Source: Saccostrea echinata (taxonomy: Eukaryota). Taken from it: 64,000 nucleotides of DNA. Under the pieces are notes generated by a model. The model was not told where the DNA came from. It saw nothing but the letters and a program-made list of their open reading frames with translations, and searched no databases. Shown in pieces: positions 38,401 through 50,644 of the stretch. Position 1 is the first letter of the stretch; the number at the start of each line of letters is the position of its first letter. The translations under genes were made by a program, and so were the position numbers. Location: positions 18,042,001 to 18,106,000 of the forward strand of contig NW_026889761.1 of assembly GCF_033153115.1 (NCBI RefSeq), written 5' to 3'.

Positions 38401-41400
38401 AAATTCATGCAGCATAATTATGGCAGTTTTCCTTTCTTTGCGGAACTTTGTGGTTTATTTAAAATAACAAAATACTAATTTCAAAATATGTATGCATGTG
38501 TTCAAGGCCCATATCTTAAGTATTAACAGTAACTACATAAATTGCAGACACAGAAATTTGAATGCTACTTTTGAAAGGACAAGTTGAACCGCAGGAAGTG
38601 ATTGATAACTAATATTTCTATTTTCACTCCAGGCTGAGCTCTCTGTTGAATATGATAAAAGTTTGGGTGGAAATACATCTAATCTGAATGTGAGTAAATA
38701 AATAAATAATTTTCTTAGTGTTTTATAAACATGTCAATTTTATTTTACACCCAGAGTGATTTTTATGCCTTTTAGTTGAATAGATATAACAAATTACATG
38801 TACATTTATAATGAGTCAATATTTTTTGTCCCAGGCACTTTGCTCTTAGCATGTTTTACTGTATATCATTAAAGCCTTCATTTCTTAAACATGGTATAAC
38901 ACCTTGCCATGCATTTCTGTTGCAGATTGTGAACTTTACTTTTGTGATATACTACTTGGTTGAACAAGTCGTTAAGTTTATTTGTCTCGGAGGGAGGAGA
39001 TATGTGTCAGAATACTGGAATATTTACGACGGCATCATTACTGTGATACTTGTGGTATGTTCGAATATTCTTCATGTTTACAAGACATTAAAATATGAAA
39101 ATTTTAAAAAATACTTTTAGACAGTTATGACAGAGATTGATTTAAGTCTGGTTACATTCTTTAATACATGTAGGTTACTGAGATTTTTGCCGTCGGATAT
39201 TACGGGTTTCCACTCAGGTAAAAATGACGTAATTCACATTACTGTAGTTGCATGTTCGTTATTACTGGAAGAAGTAAAAATATTTGTTTTATATATATGA
39301 GCTTTGTGTTATTGTCTTGAAAGTTAATGTAATGTATAAGTGTCTAGTATATAAGTATATAAAGTATCATGTGTAATTCTTTTACAGCGGCTCCAAACAG
39401 GTTCATGATACTCCTATTGTGTGGAATGTTGTACGCATCATCAACATTCTCATCCTGTTCAGACTGCTACGCATAATACCTAACATAAAGGTCAGAGTTC
39501 ACAAGCTTTTTTTATTATGAAGTCTATTTACATGTATAGTCCCTATATAATCTATACAAATGCAAAAGGAAAGGTTCATAACGCTACAAAATTCACTAGA
39601 ATTGAAGCCATATAAAAAAATGATATTCACTGGAGGATCAGTGCATTGTGACGACACAAAATGGCACCTCAAACAATGTTGTAAACAATTAGTTGCAACG
39701 GATAGAGCCAGCTGTGTATCTGAGCAAGAAAAATGTTTCCCAAGCCTATCGCCAGATTATTTTCCAAATTAACATTCAGACATTTCAATGTCTTACACAC
39801 AAAGAACAGAAAACACAGAAGTTCTAGGGTCATTTTTAATCTGGTTCTATATTTTTTAGACTGTACCCTTTGTTTTTCCAGGCTATGACTATTGTAGCTG
39901 CTACACTGGTAGATCTAGTTAAGAATTTAAAGGCATTTGCTGGAATCTTAATTGTGAGTACAAATCAATCATTAATTGTCTCCCTTGAATTATCTGTTTT
40001 CCCTACTTAATAGTAGCAAAATAGCAACAAGTTTAAAAGTAGCATAATTAGGTGAAGGCAAAATGTTCAGCTTTGATTCACGCAATTGGATGTGCTAGTA
40101 CTAATATATACATTGGAAAAGATTGATGCATAGATTATTTTAATGTAATTAATTATGTGCAAATGTGAAATTCCTTGACATTTTTTGATAGTAAAGACTT
40201 GATTACACATTTACTTTTCTTTTCAGGTTATATATTATTCATTTGCTATACTTGGTATTGAAATCTTCCATGATTCTATCAAATACAACCCCTCCAATGA
40301 CACAGGGTAAGGCCATTTACAGCATGTTGGAAAATAAATGTAGTCCATATATGATGTGAATCTTATGCTGCAGTATTTAAATTAGGAACTTCCAAATGGC
40401 AAATTTCTCTCAAAAACAGTAAATTATTGATTTTTACAAACATCAATGAATTATACAGTATCAAGATTTTCTTCAAATCTGAAAATCGACTAACAAAACA
40501 TGATTTTACAGATTTTATTTCCATTAATAGGTTGGATTTTGAATGTGGGTCTTATCAGCAGCTTAATTACTGGGCCAACAACTTTGATGACTTTGCAGTA
40601 AGTATACTGTGCAGTAAGAAACATTTATATTTAAAAACCATTGAATCCATTAGTCTTAGATATTTACAATAGTAATCAAGCTTGGAGAGGGAAAGGGGGG
40701 GGGGGGGGTATGCCATGTACAAGGCAATAATATTGTGGGAAAAAAAATGAGAAAAGGGAATGGAGTGGGGGAGGGGGAGTAATAAAGCATGCACTGACTA
40801 CATACTTTCTGTCAAAGATTTGCAAATGCAATGGTTCATTACAGGATTACTTTCAACATCTGTTGTAATTCATCGTCTCAAGCCACGGTCTGGAGTCCAC
40901 ATATAGCTCTCTCCTACCTGTGGCTGCTTGATCACAAAAAGTGTCGTAATCTTGAATATTTACGCCTCTATGTTGTGACATCATGTTCAGCCAATGACAA
41001 TATTTGTTTCCATCGCAATTGAAATCAATAACTGACATCAACAGTATACAAGAATTGTTTCGTATACTGCATTTGGGTATTGAAACTTTGCATCAAAGTC
41101 ATCATCTGACTATGCTTTACTCGCATTGGTCAATATTTTAATGAGCTGGGAAATATTCTCTTCTCATTCAGCCACAGCCAGAATGGGAGAGGATCGTACA
41201 TTATGGCGGTGGTTTGCGACGATGGTTGTCGTTGGAAAAGAGATATTGTATATTAAATAGGGAGGAAGGCCATGTCCCTCTAGACCCCATCCACTTCTTT
41301 GGACTTGATGATCTTTTGAAGTAAATTTCTCTTTTACAGGCTGCTCTTGTGGTGCTATGGGATATAATGGTGGTTAATAATTGGAGTGTGTTTCTGAAAG

Positions 41401-42265
41401 CTTATGCAGAGGCAAAAACAGAGTGAGATTTGTATTATTGTGCTTTCCTTTATCAAAGTTCAAGTTTAAATGAGTACAGTATAAGAAGATACTTGTAGAT
41501 GATTTTTCTGTGTGTATATACATGTACATTTTTTTTTATTTTTCAAAGCAAATCGGGGAGAAGTCTTCATTCTACATTAATTTTGTTTTTGATTACTAAA
41601 ACATAGTATTCATTTACAGGTGGTCCTATTTGTATTTTGTTGTTTGGTGGTTGTTTTCTGTTGTCATAGTGATGCAACTGTTTACCGCTCTTATCATTGA
41701 AGTAAGTTTATTTTTTCATGAATGCTTGCATGTAAAGAGTAATATAATTTACTTACTATAAAATTTCTTTGAAAATAAAAATCTATACATACATGTTTGT
41801 TGAACTCAGCATATTTTTGCATAAAATCATCAGAATTTCAACTGCTTTCTTTTATCCATGCATCTTTATTTGATTTTTCTACTGTATCATAGAATTTCAT
41901 AATGAAATGGGACAAGAGTGGCTCTAGAAGGAGCAGAGGAAATTCAGACTTTGAGGAATCTCATCATTTTATGTCTGTACATGATATGTTCAGGTGAGTA
42001 GAATTCACTGATCATAAAAATTTACTTCTTTCAGCATTTCAATGTCAATAGGATTCAATATGATATTAAAATTTGATTCTTTGTCACCATTGAACACCGG
42101 GACTTCAAAATTTAAACATTAACTTTTAAAATTTTATTAATATTTTCCATCTTAAAATGTTGTAGGGAAAGTCTTAAGGAACCAACAGATGATGAGATAA
42201 TGTTACAGATCAGTAACAACCATTACCTACAGGAGGCTACCACTGGATGTGTTATTGGAACATGA
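32445..42265 (+). CDS. TPCN2: Two-pore channel protein 2 (endolysosomal cation channel), 26 coding exons
   Basis: Exons 32445-32700, 33294-33343, 33449-33525, 33740-33917, 34397-34513, 35011-35117, 35266-35338, 35426-35515, 35735-35822, 35983-36048, 36445-36509, 36746-36852, 37281-37362, 38060-38158, 38251-38370, 38633-38689, 38926-39054, 39174-39217, 39388-39490, 39882-39953, 40227-40306, 40531-40597, 41340-41422, 41620-41701, 41893-41993, 42166-42265 join in frame. Motifs QATVFIEDA, HRVD, PCGVTE, RRIIRPFF...SSIMKKT, filter I TTANNPDVM, CGSYQQLNYWANNFDDF and filter II MVVNNW match TPC2. Confidence 0.96.
34502..34810 (+). repeat. Degenerate minisatellite of about 20 bp derived from the TPC2 exon-5 splice donor
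   Basis: Unit aatgtaatgag|gtctgtaat repeated, with decay, directly downstream of the true donor at 34513/34514. Confidence 0.75.
36138..36316. mobile_element. pogo/Tc2-type MITE
   Basis: TIRs cgtatatactcgcctataagtc / gacttataggcgagtatatacg with TA flanks. Confidence 0.8.
37498..37708. mobile_element. TA-flanked MITE (same family as 51706-51902)
   Basis: ctgtaaatttcttattttac...ggaatcttcag; shares the internal ccataaaaataaaagcgagta with the copy at 51706. Confidence 0.7.
37845..38018. mobile_element. Tigger-like MITE
   Basis: Degenerate TIRs cagtaaaattcagttataag / ttataaccaagtgttactg. Confidence 0.5.
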
Positions 42266-42560
42266 AAGTGAGATCACTCTATCATCAGGAGGCTACCACT
42301 TGATGTGTTATTGGAACATGAAAGGGAAATCACTCTGTCATCAGGATTTTGAAAGGTGTCACTGTATGATAATCATGCTAAAGGGAGATCAATCTGTCAT
42401 CAATCTTATGAAAGACGTCACTGATTTATAGGAATTCAAAGGGAGAGCAGTCTATCAATAGGATTTTGAAAGAGGTAGCTGTGCCATATGCAAATAGAAG
42501 GGAGACTACTCTGTCACAAAAATATAATGACGTAAGAACACTGATCATGCTGTCGAAAGA
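42229..42560 (+). repeat. Degenerate tandem repeat of about 57 bp starting inside the last TPC2 coding exon
   Basis: caggaggctaccact(g/t)gatgtgttattggaacatgaaag occurs twice (42229, about 42286), followed by decayed copies containing aagggagatcactctgtcatcag. Confidence 0.75.
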
Positions 42561-43829
42561 AGCCTGGATGTTGATTGAGGCTTTGTCACAGAGAACCTTG
42601 CAATCAAACATTCTGCCTTGGCATTGTTGTAGTGATAGGAAACTCTCACCTTTATCTGTATTCTCTGTGAAAGTCTTCTTTGTAGTGCATACAGTGGTGA
42701 CTCCACAGTAGATCCTGTCCACAGTATGCCCTTTATAATACCTCATCATTCTCAAGAGTTGTTTTTTTTAAATATATATATGACCTTTTAAGTTGCTATT
42801 GTACATTTTTGACTATTTTATAGGAAGAATGGATTAAATCACTCCTATTATTAGCTTAATTTTAGACTTTCGAAGAGAGAAATTTTAGATAAAAAAAGGT
42901 TAAATCAAATATTCATGAAATCAATGAACTTTGTGAACAAAACATTTTATTGTGTGTATTGAAAATAGGTAGCAAAAAGTGAGCATATCACTTCTAAATT
43001 ACAAAAATAGAAAGGTTGTCATATAAGTGAAAAGGTGAACAAAATCATTGGGCATTTTACACCAAAATTTTTATATTTACCTATTTTTAGATTGCATAGG
43101 AAAACTTTATTTGTAATAAAATCATCTATTATGTATTCTGTATGTGTATGTGATCATCATTATCATTTTTATATAAGCTTGTTTTTACAAAATAAGATGC
43201 AACTGAACTGTGCAAACAAATTGTTTTATCATTTTTACTGAATTTTAATGTACATGTATGTCTATACATATTTGAAATTATTTTAATAATTCATTGAAGC
43301 ATACTTCAATACATGTATAAAGATACTGTAAGAGATACAAAGAGTGTATATATGTATTCCCTACATATCCCTAACTATTGAGCTTATATAAATATTTAAT
43401 ATTTAATGTACAGCCATTTTGTCTTGTATAATTTGACAGAAAACACGTTTAGTGTCAGTAGTGGGCTGTGAAGCATGTACATCATTGAAGGAAAGTGGTT
43501 CACAATTTCTCCTATTTTTATCAAAAGACATCAAATGTCCACACCTGACTGTTAACAATCAACAAGTGAAACTTGCTGGACCACTGTGTTTTTGTCTTAC
43601 ATGAAACCTGTTATTTTCCCTAAACATTTGTGACTATACATTATACTTATTGTAGTGTTGTCCTTATTCCAGGTATTCTTTTACTGTGATATATATGGCT
43701 AAAGCTTCATTACAGTTCACTTAATCTTCCTTTGTTGTTTTAGTGTGAGATCTGAGGTTTTTGATTTTGCAGAATTGCCACCATGTTGGCACACAGAAAT
43801 ATAGACCGGTATGCTAAATATAGGTAGAG

Positions 43830-45308
43830 TTCATCCAATTCAGTTAAGTTGTGCCAAACTTAAATTTTCTTGTCACAAACAAAAAGGAATATTTTTATAG
43901 TGCTTCATTCACAAGGAAAGTGTTTTATTTCAAAGAATAAAGGTACTTTTACCTGAAAAAAAAAAAACAAACAAACAAACAAAATCACTGTGAAATATAT
44001 CATATTAAGGTTTTTTGAAGCAGAGAAGTATTGAAAACTCTCTGAAAACTTGTGTCTCTAACTGACTGTACAAATAGAAAATTGTGTCATTGCTAGGAAA
44101 TATAATCATAACCAATATATCTCATCAATTCTTATCACAGATGTAAAATAGAAAAAAAATATTGTATTAAACAGCAATTACTAGAGAAGTTCTAAAATGA
44201 AAATTTGTAATATCTCATTGTCACAAAAAGTTTTTGATTTACATGTACCTTACAAAATTCTTTTGCCATGAAACACAGTAACTTTTGACGCTTTCTTTGT
44301 TATATAATCCTTTGTTGAAAATATATTGTAGTAAAAATATTTATTTTCTGTTTTAAACAAATGCATGAAATTGACAAGCTAATTCAGTGTCCCCTGTTTA
44401 AGGAAAAAAGAAAAGGGTGGAAGATCAGAAAAAATGCAGACAGTGATTAAAAAAAGACTTGACTTGACCTTTCAGCTTTTAGCCTTAAAGTCAACAGGGG
44501 TCTTTTTTAAGTCAAAGAAATTCATGACCGTTCATTTCATTGCAAAGAGAAAGAACAGAGAGAAAACATAAGTTATCATCTGAAAACTGTGTACAGTGTT
44601 CCATATATGAATTTCTGACCTTGGTCTTTGACCTTTTGACCTCAAAATCAATAAATGTCTTTTTTAATTCATATTGACGAAAGATATAAAATTTCATTGC
44701 AAAACTTCTTAGAAAAATAAATTTATCACCAGGAACCATTTTTTGCAAGATATGAAATTTGTGACTTTGACCATTGATTTTTTTTTTTACCAAAAATCAA
44801 TAGGGCTCTTCTCTAAGCCATTGGGAGTTATTATATAAAATTTCATTGAAAAAAGCTGAAAGAGAACCAAAGTTATCATCTGGAAACCATTTTTTGCAGT
44901 AAATGAAATTTGCGATCTTGACCTTTGATTTTCTGATCTCAAAGTCATTTGGGGTGTTTGTTAAGACATTGAGAGTTATGATATAAAATTCCATTGAAAA
45001 GCCCAAAGAAAACCTGAGGTACTGGAAAACGAACAGACCCAAATTAATATCCCCCACTTTCACGGAAACGAAAGTCTTGCACACGGACAGAATGACAGAC
45101 GGACGGTCGAACAAACACAAATTAATATCCCCCACTTTCACTGAAAGCGGGGAACAAAAATTCCAATATAGTCTGTAGAATTTTAAAATTTTCATCTCCT
45201 TGTGACCTACGTTACTTTGATACAACAAGCTATATGAAATGGAATTTACTGAATCGAAACTATCAATGATGCCATTAATATCATTAATCAAAACAATTTT
45301 AGAATGCT

Positions 45309-45345
<37 letters not shown>

Positions 45346-45602
45346 AGCCATTTGGGGTGGAGGGGGGGGGGTGAAATACGTTACAGTGATTTATATTACA
45401 TTTGATCCATATTATGTTGTACCTAAGGCCGAATTTCTCCGTTAGCAATTAATATTAAATAACATCTTTCCTCCTAGTATTTTTTTTTCCATAAAGACTT
45501 GACATACAGAAAACTACCGAAAATGTTTTCTTCAATATTAGGTATGAAATATGGTGGACATTTTTCATGGTCATTGGCACAACTTAACTGAATTTGGTCG
45601 AG
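43830..45602. mobile_element. Old non-autonomous DNA transposon containing a Helentron-like fragment (about 44450-45155)
   Basis: 20-bp inverted match aattcagttaagttgtgcca (43837) / tggcacaacttaactgaatt (about 45576); internal ttgacc-rich repeats, a gacagacggacg microsatellite and a ccccactttc...gaaagcgggg hairpin. Confidence 0.55.
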
Positions 45603-46410
45603 TTACATGTTCATGTACTTGAACAATTGTTGGAACCAATTCAGTGTAAGTTATCTATTAAATATAAGTAGATGCTTTGTGTACATGTATATTGTTTAGT
45701 AGCTACGTATTGTTATTTAAATGTTACTTTATGAAGGCTTTGCTGAAACAATTGTTCATAAATCGACTCATCGAAAACTTTCCTTAAACATTGTTAAACA
45801 GTTAAAGCTGTGTATAAAACAATGAACTTATACAACGGACCGGAGCTCTTAGTTGCTGCATGCTTCCTGAATGAATATGGGTTTCATTTCAAATTAAGAA
45901 TCTTACTTGTAGAAAAAGAATTGACATTGAATCTGAACATCGTTACTCTTTTAAAAGAAACAAAGAGCATGAATATCTCAAAATTGCTTAGAGGAATTAA
46001 TGAAATATACTCGGGTAAATATTGCAAAATTGCTAAGACGTATAAATGAAATGCTCTCACATACTGAAATACCAGACAAGGGAGAATAATCTACTGACCA
46101 CAAAATGTAATTCTTTTTTTTTTTTTTTTTTTAATATTTTTAATTCTTTTTTATACAGAAGATGTAAATGAAAAAGAAATTATTGTTATAACAAAAGACA
46201 CAAATATTTGTTAGAGATGAAAAATTGTATTAATAAACAAACCATCTAGTAATTTATCAGAGTTCTTTCTCTTTGGCAGATAACGTTTAATTAACCTCAA
46301 TTAAAAACAGACTCAAGGGATGACTGTTAATGAAATTGAAACAACTATCTGCAACCAAGCCCAAACGATTAACAATATATATGTACATGTAAGGCATTAA
46401 TATTAATTTT

Positions 46411-46470
46411 TAGCTCTACTGGTCAGAGACCAGAAGAGCTTATGCGATAGTAAGGTGTCCGTCGTCCGTC

Positions 46471-46505
<35 letters not shown>

Positions 46506-47957
46506 CTGTAAACAATTTTTCAAAATGCTACTCCTCCTACAGTTATGGTCCGATTTCAATATAACTTGGCACACAAGTAGACTACACTAAGATACATAAT
46601 TTAGTGCATCGGTTTTTGATTTCGATGGACGGTGTTGCCATGGTTACTAAAAATAGAAATTTCTGTGAAATTTCTTTAAAACGCTACTCCTCCTACAGTT
46701 TTGGTCCGATTTCAATATAATTTGGCATACAAGTAGACTACACTAAGATACATAATTTAGTGCATCGGTTTTTGATTTCGATGGACGGTGTTGTCATGGT
46801 TACTAAAAATAGAAATTTCTGTGAAATTCATTTAAAACGCTACTCCTCCTACAGTTATGGTCCGATTTCAATATAACTTGGCACACAAGTAGACTACACT
46901 TAGATACATAATTTAGTGCATCGGTTTTTGATTTCGATGGACGGTGTTGTCATGGTTACTAAAAATAGAAATTTCTGTGAAATTCCTTTAAAACGCTACT
47001 ACTCCTACAGTTTTGGTCCGATTTCAATATAACTTGGCACACAAGTAGACTACACTAAGATACATAATTTAGTGCATCGGTTTTTGATTTCGATGGACGG
47101 TGTTGCCATGGTTACTAAAAATAGAAATTTCTGTGAAATTTCTTTAAAATGCTACTCCTCCTACAGTTTTGGTCCGATTTCAATATAACTTGGCACACAA
47201 GTAGACTACACTAAGATACATAATCTAGTGCATCGGTTTTTGATTTCGATGGATGGTGTTGCCATGGTTACTAAAAATAGAAATTTCTGTGAAATTCCTT
47301 TAAAACGCTACTCCTCCTACAGTTTTGGTCCGATTTCAATATAACTTGGCACACAAGTAGACTACACTAAGATACATAATTTAGTGCATCGGTTTTTGAT
47401 TTCGATGGATGGTGTTGCCATGGTTACTAAAAATAGAAATTTCTGTGAAATTCCTTTAAAACACTACTCCTGCTACAGTTTTAGTCTGCTTCTAATATAA
47501 TTAGGCATACAAGAAGACTATACTAAGATACATAATTTATTGCATTGGTTTTTGAATTTGATGAACAGTGTTGCCATGGTTACTTAAAATAGAAATTTCT
47601 GTGAAATTCCTTTAAAACGTTACTCCTCCTACAATTTTGGTCTGATTTCAATCTAATTTGGCACACAGTTAGAATACACTACGACACATAATATGTATTT
47701 CTGTTTTTTTTTATTTGGGTGAGTGGTGTTGTCATGGTTACCGGTACTAAAAATAGAAATTTCCGTGAAATACTTTCAAAACGCTACTACTCCTAGTTTT
47801 CATTTGATTTCAATATAACTTGTCACAAAAGTAGACTACATTAAGATACATAATTCTATTTATTGTTGCATGTTGCAATGTTTCAAATCCAAGTGCTACT
47901 TTTCTTTTGTTATACAAACAGACCAGTAGAGCTACAGTCTCATCAGAGACTTCTGGT
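46411..47957 (+). mobile_element. Helentron/HINE-type non-autonomous element with a 156-bp internal tandem array
   Basis: Sub-terminal IRs agctctactggtc / gaccagtagagct, (gtcc/gtct)n microsatellite, about 8.5 units of 156 bp, 3' hairpin agtctc-atca-gagact, T-rich target. Confidence 0.85.
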
Positions 47958-48668
47958 TTCCTCATGTCTTGTACGTCTGGACATTGTAAATATAGGTTAA
48001 TATTTGGACAAATATTACGATGATATTCATGGAAGAGTTATAGAATAGGATTTATTACCAAATCAGGGCCCAAGTGGGCATAAAAATATAACATACATAA
48101 TATATATATAATTACAGATATAGTAATGGACACCATACAGTGAAGGATAATTCTTTCAATTAGTATATTGGTGGCATTTTTAAGTTTCATATGTAGACAT
48201 GTATGTACATTATTACGAAATTTAAGCAGGTTTGTTAAAAGATGTGTATCCTAAATCTTATCAGATTCCTTAACAGGAGAAATAAAAGGTCTGAGACCTT
48301 TTGTGTGTGTATCTGTGATACGTAATAAATTATTTTTATCACTAATGAGTTATCTTGTGTATTGTACAATACAGTGTAGTATCAAGGTTAAAGGAGCACA
48401 CATTTAGACGCCCACATGGTGTATACATTTTAAATCACTTGCTTTTAAAAACCACAATGAATACGAGAGATCTATTTTTATAGTGTAGAAGGGAGTGTAC
48501 ATGTGCTTTTATTTAATAATAAGGAGAGTTTCCGGTGTTGTTTAAATACAACTATCGATAGATGAGCACGAGTGAACTCGATGAATAAAAATATAAACAA
48601 CGCATTGGAAAGTCTATAAAAATCACTCATTTGATAGATGTTTTCACATTATTGTATGACATTGTGGT

Positions 48669-49952
48669 ATGGATGGATGTTGCTATATATCTTGTTCCAA
48701 TAAGGACATTTATTTTGCTAATGGAATAAAGGACCATTTGAGGAATGGGCACTATGACGTCATCATTTCAAGTAACACATGTCTACAATTTCATTACCAA
48801 ACTTCGAGAGGTCAGATTCTTGACAGTAAATTTTTTATCGCCATAGTAACATCCGAGTTTATTAATCAACAAATCCACTTGTATGAATTGGCCCTAGCTT
48901 TGGATCTTGGGAAGAAGACTGTCATTATACAACATGAACTGGCTCGGATCCCGGACCCTTTTCCAGAACTACAATCAATTCAGTGGAACGATGATGTGAC
49001 CATTTTGTCGGAAAATGTGTGTCATGTACTTCAAGACCCGGTATACGGTAAATAAAACAGAAGCAGAATAGAACATTTATATACATGTTATACTTTTGTT
49101 TTTTTTAACTTAATGTAGTTTATGTACGAACGAAACGCAACATTAAATTATCTCTTATCATTTACATTAATTTCTGATTCTATGTTAAGTTTCACCCATT
49201 TCATAAAGAAGTCGCATACTTCAAGAAGTGGAATGCACAATTCACTAATTTTTAAGAAAGGTTTAATTGATGAAAATATTCTTGGGAGGAAAAACAGTGA
49301 ATATGAAAAAATAAATGTAAAATCTATTTTATGTTTTAAAAAAAATGGAGTCTATGTCCATTTAATAAATGAAAATCGAACATTTCTCAAAATAAATTCA
49401 TAGTGGTAAATGCGTTTATCATTACGCCTTAACGCGAGCTTTGGAGAGAGTACGAATCATTTTTGAGACTCTTTTTATTCCACACACCTTTAAACATAAC
49501 TTTTGAGGTGTGTAGAATAAAAAGATAAATTATTTATCAATAAGTAATTCAATGAAATAAGATAATGAACTGTATAAAAGGTGATATTACAACACAATTT
49601 TTGAGAAATGTAACTTCTGTTGAGAGATACATTTATGTAAATTGTTTCATCCTCGCCTTGTATTCACCTGGTATTAAAATTCATGAACATGAGTCCCTTT
49701 TAATGATCTTTTACTGATCATATGATATAATGTCGTCAAATGAATATTATGTTATAAATTTCCTTCATAATAATGACATAAGTTTTTTTTCTGTCTGTTG
49801 ACAACTGAATTGGATGTCGCTCCTAGTTATCGATTTTGTTCTAATTTCAGAGTTTCCGGTGTATATCGATTCCCTTGATGGTGACGCCTTTAAGCGGTAC
49901 ATCTGGAAGTTTGAGGAAACCCAGATAGCGAAACAGCTGTCTCCACACGTAT

Positions 49953-50045
<93 letters not shown>

Positions 50046-50572
50046 CGGGTTAACGGGTCTTTGAGAATCAGTCATCATATCGGGTCTCAATAGCTCAGTG
50101 GTTAGAGCACCAATGACAATGACAAATGAACTTTATTCCTATAACTGAAAAAAAAGTGTAGTGAAGATACAATGTGTACAAATGTACAAAGTGTACAAAC
50201 AATATAATAAATATTACATGCTTGAATAAGGGATAACAGAGTTCAATTAACCAAGAGAGCCAACTCTCTCAATTATAATATCCAACAGTTTAAACATTTT
50301 GCAAAGTTAATTGATATTTGTTGCATTAAAAAGCATTTCAAATTCCAAAACATTTGGATTCGATTGAAAAATCTTTGGTAAATACATAACTCGAGAGTTC
50401 TTTATAGATACATCAGTACATTTAAATAAGTAATGAAATCCATCACCAATATTGCAGTTACATAATTTACAAATTCTATTCTCTCTAGGGATGTTAAACC
50501 ATCATTACTTTTGTATTCCCAGTTCATAATAATAGGCAAATTCAACAAATATTCTTCAAAGAATAATGATTT

Positions 50573-50644
<72 letters not shown>

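Noticed and set aside
44512-45291. 164-aa and 93-aa minus-strand ORFs
   Set aside because: They lie in a Helentron-like repeat and show no recognisable protein motifs.
48523-48533. NF-kB-like site GGAGAGTTTCC upstream of the TIR gene
   Set aside because: A single short imperfect match is expected by chance.
50082-50112. Possible tRNA gene
   Set aside because: Only the A-box region is intact; it is interrupted and gives no full cloverleaf.
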